This document shows, in pieces, positions 1-11,707 of a stretch of DNA of 20,000 nt. The stretch's first letter is position 1; each line of letters starts with the position of its first letter. The stretch lies in NCBI GenBank assembly GCA_000934665.2, contig JYFJ02000418.1, positions 112,969-132,968 of the forward strand, read 5' to 3'. Position numbers and translations under genes: made by a program. This DNA is from Catajapyx aquilonaris. Lineage: Eukaryota. The notes beneath the pieces were generated by a model, which made no database searches, was not told the DNA's origin, and saw nothing but the letters and a program-made list of their open reading frames with translations.

Positions 1-217
1 TCAATGCACAGCACAACTTTGCCCGTTTGTGCTCCTGGTGTCAGGACCCAAGCTCGTTACACCACAAGAAAAAAAACCCTGAAGGGATATGGTGCTAGTG
101 TAAACCATGTTGTCGGATTTGTTGAATCGGATTTTGTAACGCGTGAGGCGAATCCAGACTTGAGATTTTCCGAGAGAAGTCGTTAAGGAAGCTGCGTAAT
201 GTTCGAGGGTTTTTTTT

Positions 218-232
218 GGGAGGGGGGGGGGG
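218..232 (+). repeat. G-tract GGGA(G)11
   Basis: Read directly from the sequence. Confidence 0.9.
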
Positions 233-3200
233 AGCATCAGGCTCTCGAGGGATTCAGCAACACTTTCACTTTTTATGGTCAAGACCCAGAGGACACTCTC
301 ATCGAAATACCTTACACAGAATTATTGGCCCAAAATTCAGGGGGGAAAAGTCACGTAATGAGTTATGGCATGTAGGTCTGACAATGGTTGGATGAGAGTT
401 AAAACCAATGTCGACTTTTTTTGGGAGTTGGGAACCACAATGCTCTGACATTTTCCCTCAGTGTTATTGAACTAAAATTGCCCGCACGTCCAGTGTATGA
501 GCTCATTTCCAGCGCAGCACATGGACTTTCAGGAATGCTGCTGTGACTGATGTGAAAATTCGAAGCTCGCTTTGCAATATACCGTACCATGAACACACTC
601 GAGGTTGTAAATTTTTCGTATTTAAACTTTTAATAGCATCGTACATCCGTTTTTTAATCATTGTGCTGTACAATACATTCAAATGTACGCAAACATTTAA
701 AAAAAGAAACTGATCGACCAATCTGATTAAATTAGACTCAAATATCGACCAACTATTTTTTAGTTAAATTTTACTCTAAACCGCCGACCCTATATGTCGC
801 CAAAATATTTCCCAACTTCCCAAGTAACTTTCCCTCCTTTTAATTTAAAACCTGGCTTTGACTCTCGTCCCTCCCATCATGCTTGCCCGAATCCTGCAAC
901 AAACTTCCTACATCTTTGATCACAATAATTGAGTCTCAAACTTGGATTTGTGATTACCGGAAGCTGCGCATTTCCCTGTGTTGTCTGAATATCGGCATAA
1001 CTTCACCCTCCTATTAAAGTCTCTCTCCAGTATTTGAGAACTCGTCTTCATTCTGGCATTAATGCTTGTGGAACAAAGGCGACTCTTTTATGGCCCAAAT
1101 TACACGTCGCCAGTGCCAGAAAAGGGAGAACTTGTTTCTCCAACACAGCGCGTCAAAGCTAGGGCTTTTGTGTGTACCCGAGGGTCCTGCAGTAATCATT
1201 CCGGTCCTAACAACAATTCCTTATTCAACCCCTGGGGTAGACTCATTCTCTCCCTAGGAAGTCAAAACAGAATTGAAACAATTATGGTGATTTCCACACA
1301 AAAAAGGACTGAATTGGTGCACTTTTTTTGTTGAAAAGACTAAAGAGGGGTCCTGTTTACTTTCGTAATAGTGCCTTAACTTTTCCTCGCTTTACAAATT
1401 CCGCTGCCAATAAAAAGAGACCGACGTTCCATTATTCCGTAATATGCGGGACGAACGCAATAATTTAGTTCCCTTGCTATTCAGGACGAAATGGGGATTT
1501 TTTTTTGAAAAGCCCTGGAAAGACGTAAATGAATTTATAAACTAAAGAATGCTCGGATGGGTACTGGAAAGCTGCAGTGTCTTTTTTAGCTCCATCCATT
1601 GGTCGCATTTTTGCACGCCTATTTTCACTTTCAGAAAAAAAGCCATTTTTTGGACGAAAACGACGTCTGTTCATCCTCCACTCTCGCCTTAGAAAGTCCC
1701 TGTGTGGAAGAGACCACACAATAACATTGTGTACACCAGGAAGGACAATAGTGCACGTGTAAATCTTGTCTTTTCAGGCAGAATTTCCTGTTTTTTCGCT
1801 GCTTTTGTGAAGCTAGATCGTGACTATATTTTTGTGCGCAATTTTTCACAATTTGCATGCAGATTGTACTCACTCTCGCTTTTGAAGAAAGCACACACTG
1901 GATTCTTACCTGCAATGAGAGAGAGAGAAAAAAAATATTAGATATACATCCAACATGCCAAATGTAAAATTCAAGATTGGTCCCACCAAAAAAAGATCTA
2001 ACGGCCCTTCTGGTCCATAGGCCCGCACCAGCAGATTTCCAAAAGCGAGGTTATGACACCCACGCTGACTGTACAATAAAGCCGGAATGCATAATTTACA
2101 GCTATAAGAACACCGTCGCACAATTTACATTTTGGCAACCCCTCTAAAAAACGCTGTGGCCAAATATATTCAGCTCGTCTTCTTCGTGTGAAGAGGTCAC
2201 TTTCTACTGATGGTAGAGGTGGGTAGTATAACTTGACAGATTGCTGCCTCCGTTTCAGGAACAAGTTTATCTATTTGTATGCTAGACTTGCCCGCTCGCA
2301 TCACAGGCGGCCATGATGACAGCCAGACAAGGACGACAATGGGAACTGGTATAGGGAACCATGCCAGTGGTCAGCAGATTTTCAGGCCTTTGGGAGGCTG
2401 GTTTGCCCAGATACCGGTGTCTTACATCAATTCAGAGGCAGCCCCAAAGTCAATTAGATGTATCTGATGGGACGAGCCCAGAATTTACAAACCTGAAGAG
2501 GCGATTGGAGACAAATTGCGTCGTATTCCTAAACACACATGGGAAGATTCCAGCTGAGGCCATTACGGCTTAATCCGCATTTGTCACAGTAATGGACGCT
2601 AAGTAACGGGATTTCCATAATAAGGAAGGTTCATATTTTTCGTGCGCGTGATTCGGCCTGTAATAAACTGACGGGAGTTTGCTTATTACTTGGAATTATC
2701 TCGCGGCATTTCAGTGTGTGTGTAAGGAAATAATCCACGCACACCGCCATAATTATACTGGTGGCAAAAAAATTTCAATTAGTTGCGCAAAAACTTTCTT
2801 CCAGATGCTAAAACATCCGGTCCGAAGCGACGACCTTTCATGTCTGACGTAACTAACATCTGCCACTTCTTATCCCACCAATTTGTCATCGTGGCCTGCA
2901 AATGGCGATAGAACATGCAATCCGATTATTTCAAATAAACATCAATTGTTTCACCCAAAACTATTAGGTGCGTCTGTGGTTCAGCAGAGAGCAAAATAAT
3001 TTTTCAGACCCAAAATTTTCCAGCCTCATTTTCCAAACGGAATTCACGTGGCAGCATCATCAGACAGACACAAATTAATCTCTTCTCTCATCAAGCACCT
3101 ACCCAACCCTCTGGCTCTCTGCACCTTACAGCAAAAGCCACTCTGGCTGTGCGGTTTTCCTCCGGGGAAGGTCCACCAGCCCAGCATGCAAGTTCATTTG

Positions 3201-6200
3201 GAAGCTCGTTCCTGGCGACGCTTGAAGACTCTGCAAACTGACAATTGCAAGCCTATTTGCCAGCGGTCTGCAGGAAGCGAGAGGGGTTTTCTGGATGGAC
3301 GACGAATGGGGAACGCCTGATAATTAGCTCCTCCAGAAAACGGGACACCTCAGCTTGCTTGACTTTCAAGAGGGGGGGCCAAAAGGATTCCCCAGGCAAG
3401 CAACTCTGTCGCGCTAACAACACTGATTTTCACGAGGGGTTGGATGTGCTGACTTAATTGCGTGCCATCGTGCTATATGGCAAGGGGAACCAATCGATGC
3501 TTCTAGATGCTGGCTTAATTCGGATGCGCAAGTAATTACACCAGGGGTAATTAATGGGGTTGATCATCTTGCTCCAGTGTCAACTATACCTATGTGTATA
3601 TAAGGGAGTTGACACTATATGCCTTGAGAGCAACGTGTGTCGTATGCATCCAAATTCGTAAATCATATAATCTGATTGAATTTTAAGCGGGGCCGTATTT
3701 AAATGCAATTACCTGCCGTTGCCTGATTTACAAGATGAGGTTGCATATGGTCGATATTACAAATGCATATGTATATTCGGCGCCCCTTTGGAAGCGAATG
3801 TCCCCAAACTTTTCCCCCCAGCTTTTTTTATATTATACAAGCCGACAGCCACGGTATGGAAATGAGCACTTTATAAGAGAAATCCCCTGCTGATGAATCA
3901 CAATGCTGATACATCACTTGCAGCCTTATTAAAACTTTTTTCATAACGGTTTGAGTGATAAATTTTCATGAGCTCTTTTTTTCCTTCTCTTCTTCATATT
4001 TCTAGATCCTGTCACCTCCTCCCGATGTATCGATTGTCCTGCTTTTAAGACGAGGCCATATTACTTCTCATTGGATGCCGCGTAAATCACGGGTGCAAAC
4101 CATGCACATAAAATGCTATTAGTGTCGCCTTAATTCCGGCAGTAATTAAATAGGACATGCCCACTAAGCTATGCGGCGATCCAATTACAATAAATCCGAC
4201 GAGTGGCGATCCCTTTGCCAGGTGAACGAACCTGCACAAAAACCAGCTGATAGGCTGCCTTTTGACTCGAGTAAAAAAAATTCACAATATGGCGAGCCTC
4301 TGACATAATTCAATTCGATCCTTATTTATAATTATTATAAGCGATTGCGATCTGGATGTGAGTAGAATTAGATGTGGGATCGGTTACAGGGAACAAATCC
4401 AAAAATAATTGTGACAGCCGTCTAAACAAATCAGACTCGTTTGGACCCTTCATTTTCATGTATACTGGTTTCCTTCTATGGAAGCGAAGAATGTACCATT
4501 TATGAACGACTTTATCGACATGTGTAATCCTCGTTTAATCCTAGTTCTCTCCACACCCTGCGATCACCCGGTATAAACAGTAGTGTCAATCAAAATCAGG
4601 TGTTAATTTGATAAAAAGGTTGGTCCACCCAACCCTGATTCAATCACACCTAACTGCCTTTGAGATGAAAAACTTGGTTTGACAACCATGGCAAGAAAAC
4701 GCTAGGATACTAAATTTTCAAAAAAAACTGTAATTAACGTTTTTTTTGAAAGTAAAGGTCACAGGTAACGGTAAGTCTTCCGGATCAGCCCACACATACC
4801 CCCATTATCCTAGCCATTATCGGTTGTCAAGGATCCAACCTCCCCTTACATAACAATGTACTTTAATTGCGGTGCTGGGGGGGACAATAGAAGGTGTTTT
4901 TTTAAAAGGGGAGGAACAAGTGATGGTATGGTTTAAAAACATCACAAGGCCGGTTGGGAAGGTCGGTGTGAAAAATTCGTCAAAAAGAAATCGTGAGAAA
5001 CGGTATCTTCCGGCACCTTTTTCGGTGTTTAATCTGACCTACCCGAGTTCGCAAAAATTGGGTCAAAAAATATGCGATAAAACCACATGGGGAGACAATG
5101 GAGCAGACATGGGCGTGGCGGAATTTGCAGCAGGTCAAGGGCGTTTTTACGACTGTTATTGTGCCATTCTGGCGCCTGAAAAAAAATTAAAGCCGCCGCA
5201 AACTTTTGGTGACCGCCGCACACACAAAAAAATCGCGAATCAAAAGAGCATCCAAGCCGAACACAGATTGGCAAACTGGCCTGGCCAAATGCCACGTCCG
5301 ATTCTAAAAGACTGTTACATGGCAGCAGTTTTGTGATAGGCATTTCACCCTATTTTTTTTATACCAGCCAGAAAATTGTTCCAGGATCCCCAAAAAATGC
5401 TATTTTCCCCGCCCTAGTTTGAAACGATGTCAAATATTATGGAAGACTCGAATAATGAAGAGAATTAATGAGACTGACGCAGCTGAAAGGATCCGTAGGT
5501 TAAGATAACATTTTTTAGGACAATGTGAATGGGAGTTCGTCATACCGTGTTTTTAGATACCACAGTATCATGTGCTGTTTTTTTTCCTAGTGAGGGACCG
5601 CTGTCCGACCCAGAGTGTATGCAAAATATTTGCCTTCCTTCCTGACCTTTACATGGCCATGGGAATCGATCTCAATATTTATCCTGGCTTTGAAAAAAAA
5701 CCTGTTTTGACGAGGTGAGAAAAACGTGATTCGAAACGCCCCCTTTTTTACCTCAAAGGCCAAAAAAATGTACCTGTACAGTACAGGTGAAGCGTATTTT
5801 TAACTTTAAAAAATCACACTTTGTAAAAGTTATGGCGGCTATTAGTGCACATTTGGCCATTCCAAGTCAAGTGTCCCGCAATGCAGTCATCAATCCTCTT
5901 TACCAAATGGAAAAATCACGCCCACCCCTATAATGATGGTGTACCACTCTTCTCTCTAGTTTTTTTTTGGTGCTTCCAATCTAAACAACGATTTGTGCTG
6001 TTGTTGGGCCAGGCACGCTGGAATTGTCGACAGCAGGACAAATTTAACACGCAGCGAAAGTGCTATAAAAGTCAAGCGACTGCAAACCGTACATTTGCAT
6101 CGGTTTGCATGCCCCTAACGTTTGATTAAACTACATCAAAAAAATCCTACCATGCAAGAAATTTCTGTCAGTATAACAAATAAGATAGCGTGCCATTTTA

Positions 6201-7390
6201 GGTTGGAAGTTTTATTAACGTGGTGTATACTCGGCTTGATAATAACCGTGTTCCTGTCGCCCATTTTTACTTCCATATACGCTTTCTACATGCTGGTCCG
6301 GTCCTTAAACTTTCCTTTTCGGGAGGATAAATAATTCTCTGGCGCCGGTGCTTGAAACTAGCAAAAAAATAGGGACACAGAGGAAAGTTTTGTGACCGGT
6401 GCATAACCTAACCCAAGAATATTTACCTACCATTATTTAAGAGTCGCATCAACACTAGGTCTATTCTCTGTTCCTATAGAAGGTAAATGCTGCAGTATCA
6501 GAATGGGCCAGAGTCAAGGGGGAGGATGAACCTTATTTTCTGCTCCGCCGCTTGCCCAAATTGCCTGGCTATCGGTTATGGTAACAGACCAGCTCCTGCT
6601 TCCAAATCCAGGCTCCAGAGTTCTGTCTCCTTTAAAAAAATCTCGAAAAAATCCTAGCAATCAATTCAGGCTTGTAACGTTCAACAAGAAAGGAGGAAAG
6701 TTCCCGTATTGTTGTGTACCAACAGTGCATAATAGTCGGGATAAAAACGATCAAAAGCAGTCCACCACAAACGGCCTGGCTTGTGCTCCTAGAAACGGTT
6801 TTACCCTCGGTTTAAGTGCGGACAAACGATTCGAGAAGAGCTGCAAAACTGGCCGCAAAACAACTATACGATGGCGCTCTTTTCCGCATCGTAATAAATG
6901 TAACCTCCAAAAAAATTCCGGGCCATTACGATGTTAATCAGGACGCAATCATTGTCACGCTCTATTTAGCTGGCCAAATTATATACGTATGCACTATGAG
7001 GATTTGAGTCAACAGACAAATTAAGAGACGGATTTGACTTAGATAACCGGATCTGGTGAGCCTTCCTGCTTCCTCGACTTCTCTTTTGGTCGTGTTCAGA
7101 CTGCTTAGAAGCGAATGAAATTACTCGCCCTTCGTTACCTCCTGATGAGAAATTAGGTTACGGAGACAATTTTGTCTCGTTGGCGAGCCCATTCATACAG
7201 CGGTTATGGTTTTTTGTAGCCATTTTTTCCTCTCTTTTTTAGCACCTCTGTGGGTCTGGGCTTCAGCACGCAAACTGGCGACGACTCTGGAATTGCAAAA
7301 ATGTCTCTTCGCATTTTCCGCAATTTATTCGTCCCGACCGTTAGAATTTTACCCTACTGAGGATATAAAAAAATATATAGGCAGAGCGAA

Positions 7391-7406
7391 GGGAGGGGGG
7401 GGGGGG
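7391..7406 (+). repeat. G-tract GGGA(G)12
   Basis: Read directly from the sequence. Confidence 0.9.
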
Positions 7407-8932
7407 TGACATTCGCCTCATTTGGCTTCGTGCACTTTGGAGGAAGTTTCAATAAAACCAGCAGTAAACCAATTCGTAAGCGGCTGGAGTTTATTGCCCG
7501 CACTTCCTCTGATGGAACTCATAGTGTCCCCGCTGAATTGTATAGACTTTTTTTTGCATACCCGGCATATATGAAAACATTGGCACGTGGACGAAAAAGT
7601 TCTTGCGAATATTCCTTCAATAACGGACTGGCGAACCTTAATGATCCAATAATAGCCTGGTGGTCAGTACTCGCTTAAATTAATAAAAAAAGAGACGAAA
7701 ATCCCCCTGGAGGCATGACGCAGCTTCCTTCCTTGATTGATATGCCAAGATTTACTCCCGGCCATCGCATTTCAACATTCCGGTTTCATCAAGCCCGGAC
7801 CACCTAGGGCGACTCGTTTCGGACCAGACCTGAATACTCAAAACCAGAGTCCCCCTCTTCCACTTCTGTCTGATGCTGTGTGTGCTCTCTCCCTAGTCAG
7901 TTGGGTTTGCTCAACTGGCAGCCAGCCAGGACATGGACCGTGTCCACCACCATCACTCGGACAATGTTCGCTCAGCATAAGATGGCATCAATGTATGGCC
8001 CCAGGAGACAGGCCAGTTCGATTTCCAGACTCGACCGTGTGGGGGAGGGTAAAAGGTACGATTTTTTTCCATGGTCTGTACCTAAGGGAAAAAGAGGGGG
8101 AGTTGTAATGGGTGTATAAATTGCAGTTAGGTCTACCAACTCACGGCTGTCGATAGCAGTGCAGTAATTTTCGTAATGGTGCCATTATTTTATCTGGGTA
8201 GGGTAGTGGTGTTTTTCATTGCTGGAGTCAGGATGAGACATGCAACAAACGGACATGTGATGCGTCTTGCTTCGTGGACAGGTGCGATATTTGGACGGTG
8301 TTATGCAATAGTGAGTCAACCCACATCAGACCAGTTTTGAGAAAAAAAGGCCTTTGAATGTCACACCACCTGTGAAATTAATTCAGTGTCCTTTTTGGTC
8401 ATTTATGGCAGAAGTATCGCCAGCTTTTAACTGAATAAAGTACAATCCTCTGGATATATGTTCCTGAGCTTCAATTTGGACATATTGTGGGTTGACACAT
8501 TATTGCATAACACAGTCCATTTATTGCGATATTTCAATACTATTTACGATATATTTGATATTTTATGACGTAGTTTCCGGTGCACTAGAACAAACTGCAG
8601 AAGTCTCCTCGGAAAGAGGCTGTTCGAATGCAGCATGTGAGGCATCCCGAATTGCGTCAATGAAAGGCCATTATGCATCCCTCTGATTCAATCTGGGCCT
8701 TAAATCATTTTATACTTTCGTCTAATGCCCCTGAGGCGGGGTTTCTCTCCGGGATGACCGTAATAACCATAAAAACTGGGGAGATTTCAGTTTTTCTCTT
8801 CTTTCTCTTATTATTACCAGGTGATGCGAGCACCATATTGGATAGTCATATAGTTCACGTTTATTGGCCGCATTATCCATTGTATTAGCGAAAAAACCAT
8901 CGGAGCATGTGACCCTGTATGAAAAGAGGGGG

Positions 8933-8959
8933 GGGGGGTTCTCTCNGGGGGGTTCTCTC
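8933..8959. other. Assembly junction: single N flanked by a 13-nt direct duplication
   Basis: GGGGGGTTCTCTC (8933-8945), N (8946), GGGGGGTTCTCTC (8947-8959), overlapping a G11 run. Confidence 0.75.
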
Positions 8960-11168
8960 CGGTTGCATAATTCCTCCTTGTCCTGACTACACATCATAAC
9001 CTGAGCATACCAGAATATTTTTCCCACACATTTTTAAGCATGCAGGAATCTGTGGAGACGCCTTGGGGCGTAGTTTTGGGAAGGTCTACCCCTACCGAAA
9101 AACCAGCCACCAAATTACAGGCTCACATTTTGGGGAAGGGTTGGGCCATTCCGACTACTTCAGGTGTAATTTCAAGGGGTCAGTTATTTCTGTAATAAAC
9201 TGGATCGAATTGTAATACCACCAGACCTGTCTGGTCAACCTGTCGTTAATAAAATAACAACCACTGGTATTAGCCTTTCGACAGCTGTTATCGACTAATT
9301 CGCCAAAAACTGGTGTGAGAGTAGCCTCAGGCAGTGCGATAAGAACGTGGCAAAAAAAATTGTTACGCCATACACACGTGAGTTAGTCGGTTAGCAGCAC
9401 CAACTACTTATGTTGAGCAGTATGTGAGAAGCATAACTGCGTCGTAAATTAAGGGAGACGCGGAAGCATGAGATCGCATTGCGAGAGTTCACCCACCGAA
9501 ACGAGAGGAACGCCAACAGTAGGCCACCCAAGCGTGCAGATCAGCTCTGCCGGTCCAAAATTTGGCAACGCACCGGAAACGTATAATTATATTAAGATGC
9601 CCACATCACCGGGAAACAAATTATGTAATTGCATTTATCGCGAATTCTTTAACCATTCTGAGAGGAGGCCCAAAAGACAATTCATGATTCAAACGAGCAA
9701 TTTTTATTAATTTTTGTAATTATTTTAAATTACGAGGCAAAGTCGAGTGCATGGCAGAATATTTTTTGACATCCATTTTCTCGTAATAGTGAGGTGTTCA
9801 CAGCATTGTCTGAAATGTATATTATGACAATTTTTACACATGGTATTAGATAATCAATTTAACCTTCGGCGTGACTAATTCGGGGGTTGGGTCACATAAT
9901 TTGGCGAACCCTATTTCCCACGATACGGATCCTGGTTCGCTATCAGTTTTCTCTCAAGGCAATAGAACAGCGATTAGGAGCCATTCTTTCTGACCCGGTA
10001 CCTAATTCATTATAGGAAACTACGTACAAATATTAGCGAGTTAGAAAAAAACTAGTCACGTAGGAAAGATAGAATCAGCAGGGTTTTTTTTTGCAGGCGA
10101 GACAAATGTGGAGGCTCTAATTGATTTACAAGTGTGGTCGGGTCTCAGCAACAATGTGGGTGTCTAAATGCAGACTCTGATCGTAAACTTGGGATTCGTG
10201 CGACTGTCTGGTATCACATTCCCAGCAGCGGTATGTTCTCACACTGGATCTAAAAATGGGAAACTTCCGGATACCATAGAGAAAAAAAACTTCCGCAAAC
10301 AATTCTGTTTTCAAGAGAAAAAAATTACAAGGTACAAGAAAGCAGGCCGGGTGTTCGTGGGGCGTGTAATAGTATATAGCATTCCAGGAGAAATGGGGCC
10401 AGATGTGTGAATACAGTCATCAAGTTGTGGGAGCGTTCAATGTCTTATTCAAGGCAAAAATACGGGGGAAAAAAACATTTTCAGCTGTTTTCTCTTGTAA
10501 AAGCCGGCGTTTTTGGGCGTCACTTTATATTTTCGCTGAATGGGAAATGAATATAAAGAAAAATTCTTCACGGTCTAAACACACGAATGCCGCTTCCATA
10601 CACACTGGAGAAAGTGTAACAGTGAAATTTTCCTTTGAATATATACTTTCCACTGGTCATTAGTTTACTATGCAACTAAAATCGGTATTGCAACTGGCAA
10701 CAAATCCGTTCAATTTTGAAATACCGTCACATGTCACACCGATCCGTTGTTTTTGTGCGAATTTCAACTACACGCCCGGACATTTTTATTGCCTCTTTTC
10801 GCACAAACCCTGGAAAGCCCGATACAAACTATCAGAATAGGTCTGGGCGTTGAATCTCCGCAAGTTCAATCCGCCACAAAGCCTCTGCATAAAACAGATA
10901 CCCCCGGATTTCAATATCAGGTCGCCCGTGAAAGCGAAACATTCTTCCGTCTCCATGCAGAACCCAGAGATAAAAAGCTGAGCATTGCCCCCTGCAGCAT
11001 CTCGTTCTAAAATAAATAAAAAAATCCTATATATAGACCAGGTTAGTGTATACACACCCAGGACGGTGGATACAGTTAGGCACTTAACGGGTCTGCAATT
11101 TTCACCCTAGACGGTGAACGTGCATTTTTAAACCCGGACAAAATAAGACAAGTAGGACAATATCGGGC

Positions 11169-11695
11169 TGTAACGGAGTAACCTGTTGCTCTAAAACGCG
11201 ATTAAAGGTCAGAAACACGCCTTTACGGACAATAGAAGACACTGACCTATATAAGCAGATCTAAACTTATACCCAATAAATTTTTATGTAGTTCCATTGT
11301 TCCGTTTTTTTTCTCTTTCATATGTGACCCATACCTTCCACTCAGCCTTCGTTTGAGACTCAGCATGGTGACAGGGGATTCTGAGAACATTTCCTGCTGT
11401 TCCCCCGTGTCTTCAGGCAGCAGATGCTCCAGCATCTGAATCCTCAGCATGGCGACTAGTTTTCCAGCACTTTAAAACCACGTCATACACACACCACGCA
11501 CTATGGCACACTATTTTTCCTAACCGGATTTTGCAAACACCCGGTTCCACACCTTGCCGAGCGTGTCACACTTGCACCAGAACTATGGCAAGACTGCCCC
11601 ACAACCCACTGCGGTCATCCAAAAGGCAGCACATCGCGGTCCGGCAACAATCTGCCGTCTGTTGCGTTGTTGTTTTTGTGTGTGTGTCCGTTATA
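11169..11695 (-). mobile_element. Probable degenerate 3' LTR (~527 bp) of a second, truncated LTR retrotransposon
   Basis: Terminal inverted repeat TGTAACGGA (11169-11177) / TCCGTTATA (11687-11695), 8/9 match. On the minus strand it reads TATAACGGA...TCCGTTACA and is preceded by a purine tract. There is no matching target-site duplication (GGGC vs AGCT), consistent with internal sequence on the right side. Confidence 0.45.
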
Positions 11696-11697
11696 AG

Positions 11698-11707
11698 CTC
11701 CACCTCT
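11698..11707 (-). promoter_or_regulatory. Candidate polypurine tract
   Basis: The minus strand reads TTT-AGAGGTGGAG-CT-TATAACGGA, which is a purine tract 2 nt before the candidate LTR start. Confidence 0.4.

Noticed and set aside
3887..3923. CTGATGA plus a stem as a hammerhead ribozyme
   Set aside because: The stem is followed by ACAT, not GAAA; the segment folds as a simple hairpin.
2570..4740. Cluster of TAATTA/TAATCC homeodomain-like sites
   Set aside because: By rough estimate the overall count is near expectation for AT-rich DNA; an enhancer cannot be supported without conservation data.
5772..5788. Palindrome ACCTGTAC-A-GTACAGGT and scattered TACAGTA words as Tc1/mariner ends
   Set aside because: No extended paired TIRs found.
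7142..7152. CTGATGA-GAAA as a canonical hammerhead
   Set aside because: No stem II, and no compatible stems I/III with an NUH cleavage site.
11366..11380. TGGTGACAGGGG as the PBS of a plus-strand LTR 11169-11365
   Set aside because: The implied LTR end (CAGCA) does not mirror TGTAACGG and no gag follows; the minus-strand model fits better.
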